From NCBI GenBank assembly GCA_027620075.1, contig JAQCEY010000002.1:104358-168357 (forward strand): a DNA stretch of 64,000 bases, written 5' to 3'. The stretch comes from Pseudomonadota bacterium. Its GTDB lineage: Bacteria > Pseudomonadota > Alphaproteobacteria > Rickettsiales > UBA6187. The notes under the pieces were generated by a model, which worked only from the letters and a program-made list of their open reading frames with translations, had not been told where the DNA came from and did not search any database. Both the position numbers and the translations under genes were made by a program. This document shows positions 1-8,991 of this stretch, piece by piece (position 1 is the stretch's first letter; each line of letters starts with the position of its first letter).

Positions 1-715
1 TACCTTCAATTTTGACCAGCATATTAATAGGCACTGACTCAGGGTGTTCAGGCAGGTTCGCAAGGGTTGACAGCATTTTTACCCTGTCTTGCAATGTTTC
101 GCCCATACCCACAATGCCGCCGCAGCAGGTTTTAAGCCCGACCTCATTTATATTTTTCAGCGTTTCCAGCCTGTCCGAGAAGTTACGGGTGCTGATTATC
201 TTTGAATAATATTCCTCGGACGTGTCTATATTATGGTTATAATAATCAAGTCCGGCTTCTTTGAGGCGGCTTAGCTGCTCTTTTTTAACCATGCCTAGTG
301 TTACACATGTTTCAAGCCCCAGAGATTTTACCTCGGATATCATTTCTTCCACTTTAGGCAAGTCCCTGTCATTGAGGTTCCGCCATGCGGCTCCCATACA
401 AAAGCGTGATGCTCCCGCATCTTTTGCTTTTTGAGCTTCCCCTTTTACTTTTGCTACATCAATCAGAGGTTCTTTCTTTAATCCGGTATCATAATGAGCA
501 GACTGCGGGCAGTATTTGCAGTCTTCGGGGCATGCCCCCGTTTTTATACTAAGCAGGGTGCTTACCTGTACTTCGTTAGGGTTGAAGTTTTCACGATGTA
601 CGGACGCAGCTTTGAACACAAGGTCATTAAACGGCAATGCGAACAAAGCTTCCACTTCCTGATTTTTCCAGTTATGGCGTATGTTATTTTTTAAATGCTC
701 AACATTCATAGTCAT
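1..715 (-). CDS. bioB: Biotin synthase BioB. The C-terminal part is cut off by the window start.
   Basis: Hand translation of the minus strand from the ATG at 715 (alternative 709) gives [11 protein letters not shown]...[23 protein letters not shown] (radical-SAM CxxxCxxC)...YNHNIDTS...[10 protein letters not shown]. The frame stays open to base 1. It is absent from the ORF track because there is no stop codon in the window. Confidence 0.9.
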   Translation of the reverse strand, partial: MTMNVEHLKNNIRHNWKNQEVEALFALPFNDLVFKAASVHRENFNPNEVQVSTLLSIKTGACPEDCKYCPQSAHYDTGLKKEPLIDVAKVKGEAQKAKDAGASRFCMGAAWRNLNDRDLPKVEEMISEVKSLGLETCVTLGMVKKEQLSRLKEAGLDYYNHNIDTSEEYYSKIISTRNFSDRLETLKNINEVGLKTCCGGIVGMGETLQDRVKMLSTLANLPEHPESVPINMLVKIEG

Positions 716-778
716 ATATAATTTTATGTTTTTGCCCTTTATAGACATAATTGACCGAATTTGTAAGCAATTTATTTA

Positions 779-1798
779 CTATCCTGACAAAGACCAACGT
801 GCTTTTGGCACAAAGTCTATATCATCGACCAATCCGGCTTTCATTCGTTCAATGCCTGCCCATGCTATCATAGCCCCGTTGTCGGTACAAAGTCCGATAG
901 GAGGGCTGTGTCGTGTATATCCTTTTTGTTCGGTAATTTCATCTATTGTGTTGTTGATATATTTATTTGCAGCAACTCCCCCTGCGATAACAAGACGTTT
1001 TGCGTCAGGGTATAACTCTTCATAAATTTCAATGGCATTTTTGAGCCTGTCTTTAATTATGTCACCCACGCATTTTTGAAATGATGCACAAATATCATTT
1101 ATATCTTTTTCGGTTATATTTTCCAGTTTATCAACCTCACGTTTTACTGCCGTTTTTAGCCCCGAAAATGAAAAGTCGCAGCCTGCCCTTCCCTTTAATG
1201 AGCGGGGAAAGTTAAACCTGTTCTCATCACCTTCTAAAGCTCTTTTTTCAACGACAGGCCCTCCCGGATAGCCGAGTTTTAGCATTTTAGCGACCTTGTC
1301 GAAAGCTTCGCCCAAGGCATCATCTATCGTACCGCCTAATTTTTTGTATTTATTTACCCCTTCAACGCTTAGGAACTGGCAATGTCCGCCTGAAACCAGC
1401 AATAGCAGGAACGGAAATTCAACATCTTCGGTAAGTCTTACCGTAAGAGCGTGTCCTTCCAAGTGGTTTACTGCGATTATAGGTATATCGGCGGCAGAGG
1501 CTATACCCTTTGCCACCATTACTCCGACTATAACCCCCCCTATCAATCCGGGACCTGCGGTAACCGCTATTGCGTCCAGTTCGCTATAGCTGTTTATTCC
1601 TGCATCAGCCATGCTTTTTGTTATAAGGGTGTCAATCGCCTCAATATGTGCTCTGGCGGCTATCTCAGGAACCACACCGCCATAGTCGGCATGTTCTTTT
1701 ACCTGTGATAGTATCCGGTGTGAAAGGATATCTTTTTTATCCGTAACTATTGCCACAGCGGTTTCATCGCAACTTGTTTCTATTCCTAATATTATCAA
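779..1798 (-). CDS. tsaD: tRNA N6-adenosine threonylcarbamoyltransferase TsaD (Gcp/Kae1 family)
   Basis: 339-aa ORF with a TTG start. It contains ILGIETSCDETAVAIV, VNHLEGH and GGVAAN motifs typical of TsaD. Confidence 0.92.
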   Translation of the reverse strand: MIILGIETSCDETAVAIVTDKKDILSHRILSQVKEHADYGGVVPEIAARAHIEAIDTLITKSMADAGINSYSELDAIAVTAGPGLIGGVIVGVMVAKGIASAADIPIIAVNHLEGHALTVRLTEDVEFPFLLLLVSGGHCQFLSVEGVNKYKKLGGTIDDALGEAFDKVAKMLKLGYPGGPVVEKRALEGDENRFNFPRSLKGRAGCDFSFSGLKTAVKREVDKLENITEKDINDICASFQKCVGDIIKDRLKNAIEIYEELYPDAKRLVIAGGVAANKYINNTIDEITEQKGYTRHSPPIGLCTDNGAMIAWAGIERMKAGLVDDIDFVPKARWSLSG

Positions 1799-1866
1799 GG
1801 CAGTGTTTCCCGATTATTTTTGTTGTTACTTACATAAAGTGCAAGGAGGTGAATTTCAAGTGTAAT

Positions 1867-1892
1867 AAAAAAAACCCCTCAATTAAGAGGGG
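1867..1892 (-). terminator. Rho-independent terminator downstream of the tandem pilin-like genes
   Basis: Stem CCCCTC (1875-1880) / GAGGGG (1887-1892) with a 6-nt loop. The A8 run at 1867-1874 reads as a U-run on the minus strand. Confidence 0.6.
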
Positions 1893-1928
1893 CTTTCTTT
1901 ATTACCGAGAAGAGTTAGAGTAAGTAAT

Positions 1929-2798
1929 CTAGAATGTTTCCATTTTAATCATCATGTTACAAAGCGGAGCTGTTGCAGTAAATTGATATTCGTCAGGATT
2001 CGGAGTTGTATTTTGACAAGCAGTTGCCAAAACTCCTGCGTTTGTAAAGTCTGCACCTGCTTGCTCATCCGGATCCGGAGTTGCATCGGCCTGACCGTTT
2101 ACAGCCACTACGTTACCGGCACTTGGAACGCCATCGTCAATTTTGCTGTCAATGTCATAAGCATCTAAAGGTACGAAAGGCTCTCCCGTATCAAAGAAGT
2201 CATCGTCCTGACTTCCAACGACACCGGTTATGAAATAGTTATCCGTTCCGTCATTGAAAACGCTCCAGCCAAATCCTGTTGTTTTCATTGCAGGTATGCT
2301 ATTACCCACGCCGTCATTTATAGTACCTGTTCCGGTAGTGCTTGAAAATCCGTCAAATACACCTTTTACAAGCTCTTTACCCGGAGTGGTAAGTTGTGAC
2401 CAAAAGCATGATATTTCACCGTTATGAAGTGTTACGGCACCACCGTTATTGTCCCCTATCAACCCGTTTCCGTCGCCAAGGTTCGCTTCACCGTCACATC
2501 CGGTTGCAGCGGCATCGGCACCTGTTATATTACAGTTTGTCGGGTTAGGTCCGTCACCGTCACAAAGCCCGAATTTGTCTGTGTCCGTATCACCCGGTAT
2601 TCCGTTATATTTTCCTAAGAATGTGTTAACGGCAACCTGAAATTCCTGATGTTGACGTACCGTTGCACGAAGTTCGGCGGCTTTAATTAAATCCTGTCCT
2701 ACCAAAACACCGCTCACAATAAGACCTATGATTACTAGTACTATGGCTAGCTCTACCAAGGTAAAGCCTTTTTGGGATTTTCTAGATTTATATGTCAT
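1929..2798 (-). CDS. Prepilin-type N-terminal cleavage/methylation domain protein (large type IV pilin-like / pseudopilin-like paralog 1)
   Basis: Class III signal MTYKSRKSQKG|FTLVELAIVLVIIGLIV with Glu at +5. A GGAGAA RBS precedes the ATG at 2798, so the track start at 2840 is probably an extension. It shares KYNGxPGD, FW, NYF and IDxKIDDGxPxxG motifs and a C-terminal Cys...Cys pair with 2851..3627 and 62105..62941. Confidence 0.8.
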   Translation of the reverse strand: MTYKSRKSQKGFTLVELAIVLVIIGLIVSGVLVGQDLIKAAELRATVRQHQEFQVAVNTFLGKYNGIPGDTDTDKFGLCDGDGPNPTNCNITGADAAATGCDGEANLGDGNGLIGDNNGGAVTLHNGEISCFWSQLTTPGKELVKGVFDGFSSTTGTGTINDGVGNSIPAMKTTGFGWSVFNDGTDNYFITGVVGSQDDDFFDTGEPFVPLDAYDIDSKIDDGVPSAGNVVAVNGQADATPDPDEQAGADFTNAGVLATACQNTTPNPDEYQFTATAPLCNMMIKMETF

Positions 2799-2850
2799 TT
2801 TTCTTCTCCGTTTTAATTCTACTAATGTTATTTTAACCATAATTAGTTAA

Positions 2851-3627
2851 TTATAGATTAAATCTTAGTCTTAGGGTGCATACAACAAGATCGTTCTGAG
2901 TGTTATACGTTACGGCGTTGTTATTTGCGGCTCCTGTTACACATGCGGTAGCGTTGCCGGCAGTAGCGTTATAAACAGCTGCTGTTTCTGCGTTTGTAGC
3001 GTTACCTGCCCTTGCATGAACAACACCTCTTCTTGGCTGACCGTCATCAATTTTGTCGTCAATGTTCTGAGCGTCAAGCGGGTTTAGAACGTCAGTTGTA
3101 AGATAAACTCCGGAAGCACCGCCTGTAACTCCTAACATAAAATAGTTTGATGAACCGTCACTGAAAACACCCCAGAACTGACCTACTTTTGTGCTTGGCA
3201 ATGTAGCTGAGGCGGTAGCGGCAGTCACTGCTGCACCGTCATATGACCCCGGTATCAAGGCCGCTCCCGTAGAGCCGAGATGATTCCAAAACTGAACGTT
3301 CTCCCCCAAGTCGGATGCAGGAGTTGCTGTTGTAGCTATTGTAAGGTCGGTAGATGCCCCTAATAATGTGTCCCCGTCGCCGTTACCGACGAAACCGAAA
3401 TCAGTCTCCGCCCTTACATCGCCCGGAAGACCGTTATATTTACCGCGGAATGTACCGACTGCGGCGTTAAAAGATTCATATTGCGTCACAACCGCCCGAA
3501 GTTCTGCACCTCTGACCAGATCCTGACCGACTAATACACTTGAAATTATCAATCCTATTATCACCAGTACTATTGAAAGTTCCACAAGAGTAAAACCGTT
3601 TTGTTTTTTTTGTAATTTCTTACTCAT
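2851..3627 (-). CDS. Prepilin-type N-terminal cleavage/methylation domain protein (pilin-like paralog 2)
   Basis: MSKKLQKKQNG|FTLVELSIVLVIIGLII leader and hydrophobic helix. It has the same downstream motifs (FRGKYNGLPGD, QFWNHL, NYF, IDDKIDDGQPRRG, C-x22-C near the C-terminus). Confidence 0.82.
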   Translation of the reverse strand: MSKKLQKKQNGFTLVELSIVLVIIGLIISSVLVGQDLVRGAELRAVVTQYESFNAAVGTFRGKYNGLPGDVRAETDFGFVGNGDGDTLLGASTDLTIATTATPASDLGENVQFWNHLGSTGAALIPGSYDGAAVTAATASATLPSTKVGQFWGVFSDGSSNYFMLGVTGGASGVYLTTDVLNPLDAQNIDDKIDDGQPRRGVVHARAGNATNAETAAVYNATAGNATACVTGAANNNAVTYNTQNDLVVCTLRLRFNL

Positions 3628-3887
3628 ATTTTATCTCCGTAATTTTTATGCCAAAAAGCACTTAAAGTAAAATTCACGTAATAATAAATGTAATTATGCA
3701 ATTTATACCAATACAACTTTAATATATAATATAGTACAACCATACGCTTACCATTTTGGGAAAAAATTACAAAATAAGCAGGTGATTTTGTAAGAAACTA
3801 CAAAATGAGTAATGAATATCTGACTCTTGAGAACGTGTATTTTAGCGGTAATCCTGTACAAAAAGCGTTACCGCTGTCGTTAAAACG

Positions 3888-5096
<1,209 letters not shown>

Positions 5097-5234
5097 TCAC
5101 CGTTCATATAAAATTAATTAATTTCGATTGTTTTCATATACAGAAAGATTTAACGTAATACAATAACAAATATTTGAAAAAAAGTGCTAATTAAAGTAAT
5201 ATAGATATAGTTAATACAAATCAAAAATTTTATT

Positions 5235-6308
5235 ATGGTATTATTCAGAAAAAAAAAGAAGCAAAAAACAAAAGCTTCTGTCGGCGGTTTCTTCAAGGAC
5301 AAGTTTATCGGTGATTTTGATCTTTCAGATGCGGGTGTTAGAACTGTTTCATTTATAAAAAAGAAGGTTTCGGACGGAATTCAGGGAATTTATGATTCAA
5401 GGGACAAGTTAAAGGATATTCCGGGGACGAATTACAAACTCGGTCTGTACCACATGCAGCAGGGCAATTTTTATGATGCCATATTCCGTTTCGGCATAGT
5501 CTGCCGTTTTGCACCCGATAATATCGATGCTCATTATAATCTTGCACGTTGCTACATGTTCAGAGGAGCAAACAAGGAGGCTAAAAAGAAGCTTGAGCAT
5601 GTATTGAAAAAAATACCCGACCATGTTGAGGCTAAATATCTTTTGAAAAAGATAGATTCACCGAAAACCGTAGAGTTTATTCCCGAAAGTCTTATAAAAG
5701 AAACTATTGATATAAGAGCTGATTTTTACCGTCAGGATTATATTGATAACGGCTATTCGGGGTCTAAGGCTCTAGTTAATGAGGTTTTCAGGAACGTTAA
5801 TGACAAGAACCCTAATTATGATGTGCTTGACCTTGGTTGCGGCACGGGCGTTTGCGGTTTTATATTGAAAAAAAGGTCTTTGGCGAGGCGTATTGTAGGT
5901 GTTGATTTGTCAAAGATAATGATAGAGACATGCAGGGGAAAAAGGGTTGAAAGCGAGCCTGTATATGATGAGTTGCATGAGGCCGAGATATCAAAATATC
6001 TGCAATCGGAGCAATCAAAATATAATCTTGTGCTGTCTGATCTGGCAACGGACTTTATAGGCAAACTTGACGGTTATGCGGTTTCTATAAAGCGTGTTTT
6101 GGTAGATGGCGGTTGTTATGCCGCCGTAGTCAGATGGGAAGATGAGTTGAAGGAAGGATATAAGCTTAACTCTGATTATGAGGATTTTAGCTATTCAAAA
6201 AAATACTTTGTAGATAACTTCGCAAAAGCCGGGCTAAAACTTACAGGTTCCAAGGAAATTGATATGGTGGGTGACGAGAAGGCCGAAATATTAATATTTA
6301 AGTCTTAA
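5235..6308 (+). CDS. TPR-repeat plus class I SAM-dependent methyltransferase domain protein
   Basis: 357 aa with TPR-like helices (YKLGLYHMQQGNFYDAIFRF..., AHYNLARCYM) followed by the SAM-binding motif VLDLGCGTGVCG. Confidence 0.7.
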   Translation: MVLFRKKKKQKTKASVGGFFKDKFIGDFDLSDAGVRTVSFIKKKVSDGIQGIYDSRDKLKDIPGTNYKLGLYHMQQGNFYDAIFRFGIVCRFAPDNIDAHYNLARCYMFRGANKEAKKKLEHVLKKIPDHVEAKYLLKKIDSPKTVEFIPESLIKETIDIRADFYRQDYIDNGYSGSKALVNEVFRNVNDKNPNYDVLDLGCGTGVCGFILKKRSLARRIVGVDLSKIMIETCRGKRVESEPVYDELHEAEISKYLQSEQSKYNLVLSDLATDFIGKLDGYAVSIKRVLVDGGCYAAVVRWEDELKEGYKLNSDYEDFSYSKKYFVDNFAKAGLKLTGSKEIDMVGDEKAEILIFKS

Positions 6309-6525
6309 GTTAACAATTTGACTTCGTAATATAACGTTCTGTTATAAAATCATTATATGGTAGTTCATATAAAAGATATTCACAACATATATGTGTGATA
6401 TTAATATTTAAGCTTGAACGAAAAGCGTTTTTGTGCGAAACTTCTTGTAATAACCATAGTGTTTTAAACATAGTCTATCTCGTATCTAAAAGGAATATCA
6501 ACCCCAAAGGCAAGGAGTGCTTATT

Positions 6526-7419
6526 ATGTCAGGAAATAGAAAACCACATATAATAGTTTTGGGGAACGAGAAAGGCGGGGCAGGTAAAACTACCACCTCT
6601 ATGCACGTCATATCAAGTTTGCTATATGACGGATATGCCGTTTCAAGCATTGATCTTGATTCCAGACAGCGTTCTTTATCTAATTATCTGGAAAACAGAA
6701 AGAAATATACACAAACCCATCAGGTTGAATTGCCGTCCCCTTCGCATTATATAATAAATAACAGCAGGCTTGATTCGCAGGTTGAAGGTAATCTTGATGA
6801 GCAAAAGAGGTTTGAAGAGTGTTTGAAGCGTGCATCGCTTAGTAGTGATTTTATCGTTGTGGATTCTCCCGGTAACGACACATATCTTTCAAGGCTTGCC
6901 CATTCATATGCCGATACCATAGTTACCCCGATAAATGATAGTTTTGTCGACCTTAACGTTTTAGCGAAGGTTAATGAGGACGATTTGAGGGTTGACCGTC
7001 ACGGCGTGTATTCGGAGATGGTTTGGGAAGCTAAAATTTACAGGGCTCAACGTGATAAGGGCGAGATAGACTGGGTTGTGCTGCGTAACCGTCTTACTAA
7101 TATTGATGCTAAGAATAAAAGGAAGGTGGCGGAAGCTTTGAATAATTTCTCCAAGAGGGTGCGTTGCAGGCTTGCAGAAGGTTTTTCCGAGCGTGTGATA
7201 TACAGGGAGCTATTCTTGCAGGGATTGACGCTTCTTGACCTTGCTAGTGATAAGGTAGAATTTGATATGAAGATGTCGCATGTGGCGGCTCGTCAGGAAT
7301 TGAGGAAATTCATGGATTTTTTGCAGTTGGAAAAAAAGTTTGAAGCGGCTGCTGTAAATACACAGATTCCTTCGGTAGTCGCGACACCAACCCAGAACAG
7401 GGAAACGATAGCGGCATAG
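6526..7419 (+). CDS. mipZ: ParA-family ATPase, MipZ-like division-plane positioning ATPase
   Basis: Deviant Walker A IIVLGNEKGGAGKTTTSMH and the overall pattern match Caulobacter-type MipZ (VVGNEKGGAGKST...IDLDxRQRS). An AAGGAG RBS at 6512-6517 favours the ATG at 6526 over the track start at 6517. Confidence 0.72.
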   Translation: MSGNRKPHIIVLGNEKGGAGKTTTSMHVISSLLYDGYAVSSIDLDSRQRSLSNYLENRKKYTQTHQVELPSPSHYIINNSRLDSQVEGNLDEQKRFEECLKRASLSSDFIVVDSPGNDTYLSRLAHSYADTIVTPINDSFVDLNVLAKVNEDDLRVDRHGVYSEMVWEAKIYRAQRDKGEIDWVVLRNRLTNIDAKNKRKVAEALNNFSKRVRCRLAEGFSERVIYRELFLQGLTLLDLASDKVEFDMKMSHVAARQELRKFMDFLQLEKKFEAAAVNTQIPSVVATPTQNRETIAA

Positions 7420-7902
7420 ATGGCTTACATTGCTTTAATAGTTGCCGTAATCTGGGGTATTCTTATACTGCTTAAGCTTTATTCAAAAGCTGATCCGGTC
7501 TTAATCAAGAAGATATATAAGGCAGTAAATCTTGTTATCGGGGTATATTTTGTTTACCTGCTTTTAAGGGCGGGCTTGCCTTATATTGCGGCGATGCTTG
7601 GTGGTGCTATGGCTCTTGCCCCGCATTTTAGGAAGATAATCGGACTATTATATACTTTTAAAATGGTCAAGGGGCTTTTCAAAGAAACCAAGACCGGAAC
7701 CCCTAGTCCCGATAATAAAAACATTAAGATGACTAAACGGCAGGCATGCGAGATACTAGGCGTTGAAGAAAATGCCTCTAAAAAAGAAATAGAGGACGCA
7801 TACAAGCGCCTTATGAAGAAAAACCACCCTGACACAGGCGGTTCAAAATATTTCGCCACAGAGCTTAATAAGGCGAAAGAAGTCTTATTGAAAGATAAGT
7901 AG
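7420..7902 (+). CDS. Membrane-anchored J-domain protein (N-terminal TM helices, C-terminal DnaJ domain with HPD)
   Basis: 160 aa with hydrophobic N-terminal segments and a C-terminal J domain, ACEILGVEENASKKEIEDAYKRLMKKNHPDTGG. Its start abuts the mipZ stop (7419/7420). Confidence 0.72.
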   Translation: MAYIALIVAVIWGILILLKLYSKADPVLIKKIYKAVNLVIGVYFVYLLLRAGLPYIAAMLGGAMALAPHFRKIIGLLYTFKMVKGLFKETKTGTPSPDNKNIKMTKRQACEILGVEENASKKEIEDAYKRLMKKNHPDTGGSKYFATELNKAKEVLLKDK

Positions 7903-7966
7903 TATTTTATCATTCGGCAGCTTGACCTGAGAATCTTTTTTATATACACACGGTCGATGTAGGTGC

Positions 7967-8710
7967 GTGAAATATTTTGAGAAGCAAATGACAAAATCCA
8001 AAAGCATTGATGACAATGAAATAGCCAAGTTTTCCGCAATGGCGGACGAGTGGTGGGACTTAAACGGCAAGTTCAAGCCGCTGCATAAATTCAACCCTGT
8101 GCGGATAGAATATATACGTGATAATGTTTTATCGCATTTTGACAAACAGGATTTCAAGGGGCTAAAGTTTCTTGATATAGGTTGCGGCGGCGGCTTGCTT
8201 TCCGAGCCTATGGCAAGGCTTGGAGCTGACGTTACCTCAATAGATGCGGCTGAAAAGAATATAAAGATAGCCTCCTTGCACGCCGAGCAATCGGGTTTGA
8301 AAATAGATTATCAATGCACGAGTGCCGAAGAGCTTGCTAAAAAAGGTGGCAAATTCGATGTAGTTTTGAACATGGAAGTTATTGAGCATGTGGCGGATAT
8401 CGGCTCTTTTGTGCAGGCATCGGCGGATTTATTAAAGCCGGAAGGTCTGATGTTCGTAGCAACTTTAAACCGTACTTTAAAATCATACGCTCTTGCCATA
8501 GTTGGAGCGGAGTATATTTTGCGATGGCTGCCTAAAGGAACGCATGACTGGAAAAAATTCTTAAAACCATCTGAAATTGATGAGCTTGCTAGCGATAACG
8601 GGCTAAAGTTAAAGGAAATACAAGGCGTATCATATAACCCTTTGACAGATAAATGGAAGCTGTCGGACGATGTGGATGTTAATTATATGATGTTATTCGG
8701 GAAACAATAG
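7967..8710 (+). CDS. ubiG: Ubiquinone biosynthesis O-methyltransferase UbiG
   Basis: 247 aa with [34 protein letters not shown] and NMEVIEHV. An alternative start at 7988 (MTKSK) is possible. Confidence 0.88.
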   Translation: MKYFEKQMTKSKSIDDNEIAKFSAMADEWWDLNGKFKPLHKFNPVRIEYIRDNVLSHFDKQDFKGLKFLDIGCGGGLLSEPMARLGADVTSIDAAEKNIKIASLHAEQSGLKIDYQCTSAEELAKKGGKFDVVLNMEVIEHVADIGSFVQASADLLKPEGLMFVATLNRTLKSYALAIVGAEYILRWLPKGTHDWKKFLKPSEIDELASDNGLKLKEIQGVSYNPLTDKWKLSDDVDVNYMMLFGKQ

Positions 8711-8720
8711 GTGTTAAGAT

Positions 8721-8890
8721 ACTATTTTTGTTGAAACACCCCTACATCTTCCTAACTGTTAGGTGGGGGGCGATACATGCAGGTATAACAAACACTTGCG
8801 AGTTTCTGCCCCTCACAAAAACACTTTCGTGTTTTTAACTCTCCCTCAAGGGGAGAGTAGTTCTTTGACTTTTACAACGGATTCTATAGT
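8721..8890. repeat. Type C composite palindromic repeat, long form, copy C3
   Basis: About 170 bp and roughly 80 percent identical by eye to 33897..34068. Shared core: CATGCAGGTNTAACAAACACTTGCGAGTTT...CCCCTCACAAAAACACTTTCGTGTTTTTAACTCTCC...AAGGGGAGAGTAG. The ends carry ACTAT / CTATAGT. Confidence 0.8.
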
Positions 8891-8913
8891 AAATTTTAAT
8901 TTATATATATTTT

Positions 8914-8982
8914 GTCATGCCGAACTTGTTTCGGCATCTAAAGTGCGGCAAAAGTAGAACCTGAAATAAATGCTTCGATGAC
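8914..8982. repeat. Type A GTCAT...ATGAC double-hairpin repeat, copy A1
   Basis: GTCATGCCGAACTTGTTTCGGCATCT...CTGAAATAAATGCTTCGATGAC. It has the same architecture as 25516..25583, 47869..47932 and 55993..56059. Confidence 0.75.
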
Positions 8983-8991
8983 AAAACATAT

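Noticed and set aside
3634-3652. Possible sigma-54 promoter upstream of the pilin-like gene (minus strand TTGGCATAAAAATTACGG)
   Set aside because: The -12 element reads TTAC instead of TTGC, so the invariant GC is lost. The motif would also place the transcription start on top of the RBS and start codon. Pilin genes are sigma-54 dependent in some bacteria, but this match is not convincing.
5247-5258. A9 tract at codons 5-8 of the TPR-methyltransferase gene as a slippage or phase-variation site
   Set aside because: It encodes a lysine run (RKKKKQK) that is plausible as such, and A-runs are common in this AT-rich genome. There is no evidence of frameshifted alternative ORFs.
7581-8157. Minus-strand ORFs 7581..8039 (152 aa) and 7885..8157 (90 aa)
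   Set aside because: They overlap the J-domain protein gene and ubiG in antisense. They have no motifs, while both sense-strand genes have clear domain signatures.
8763-8957. 64-aa ORF, and its look-alike at 33978..34337 (119 aa), with near-identical N-terminal peptides
   Set aside because: The shared peptide is encoded by the type C long repeat. The 33978 ORF then runs antisense through lolD. The similarity is explained by repeat DNA, not by a protein family.
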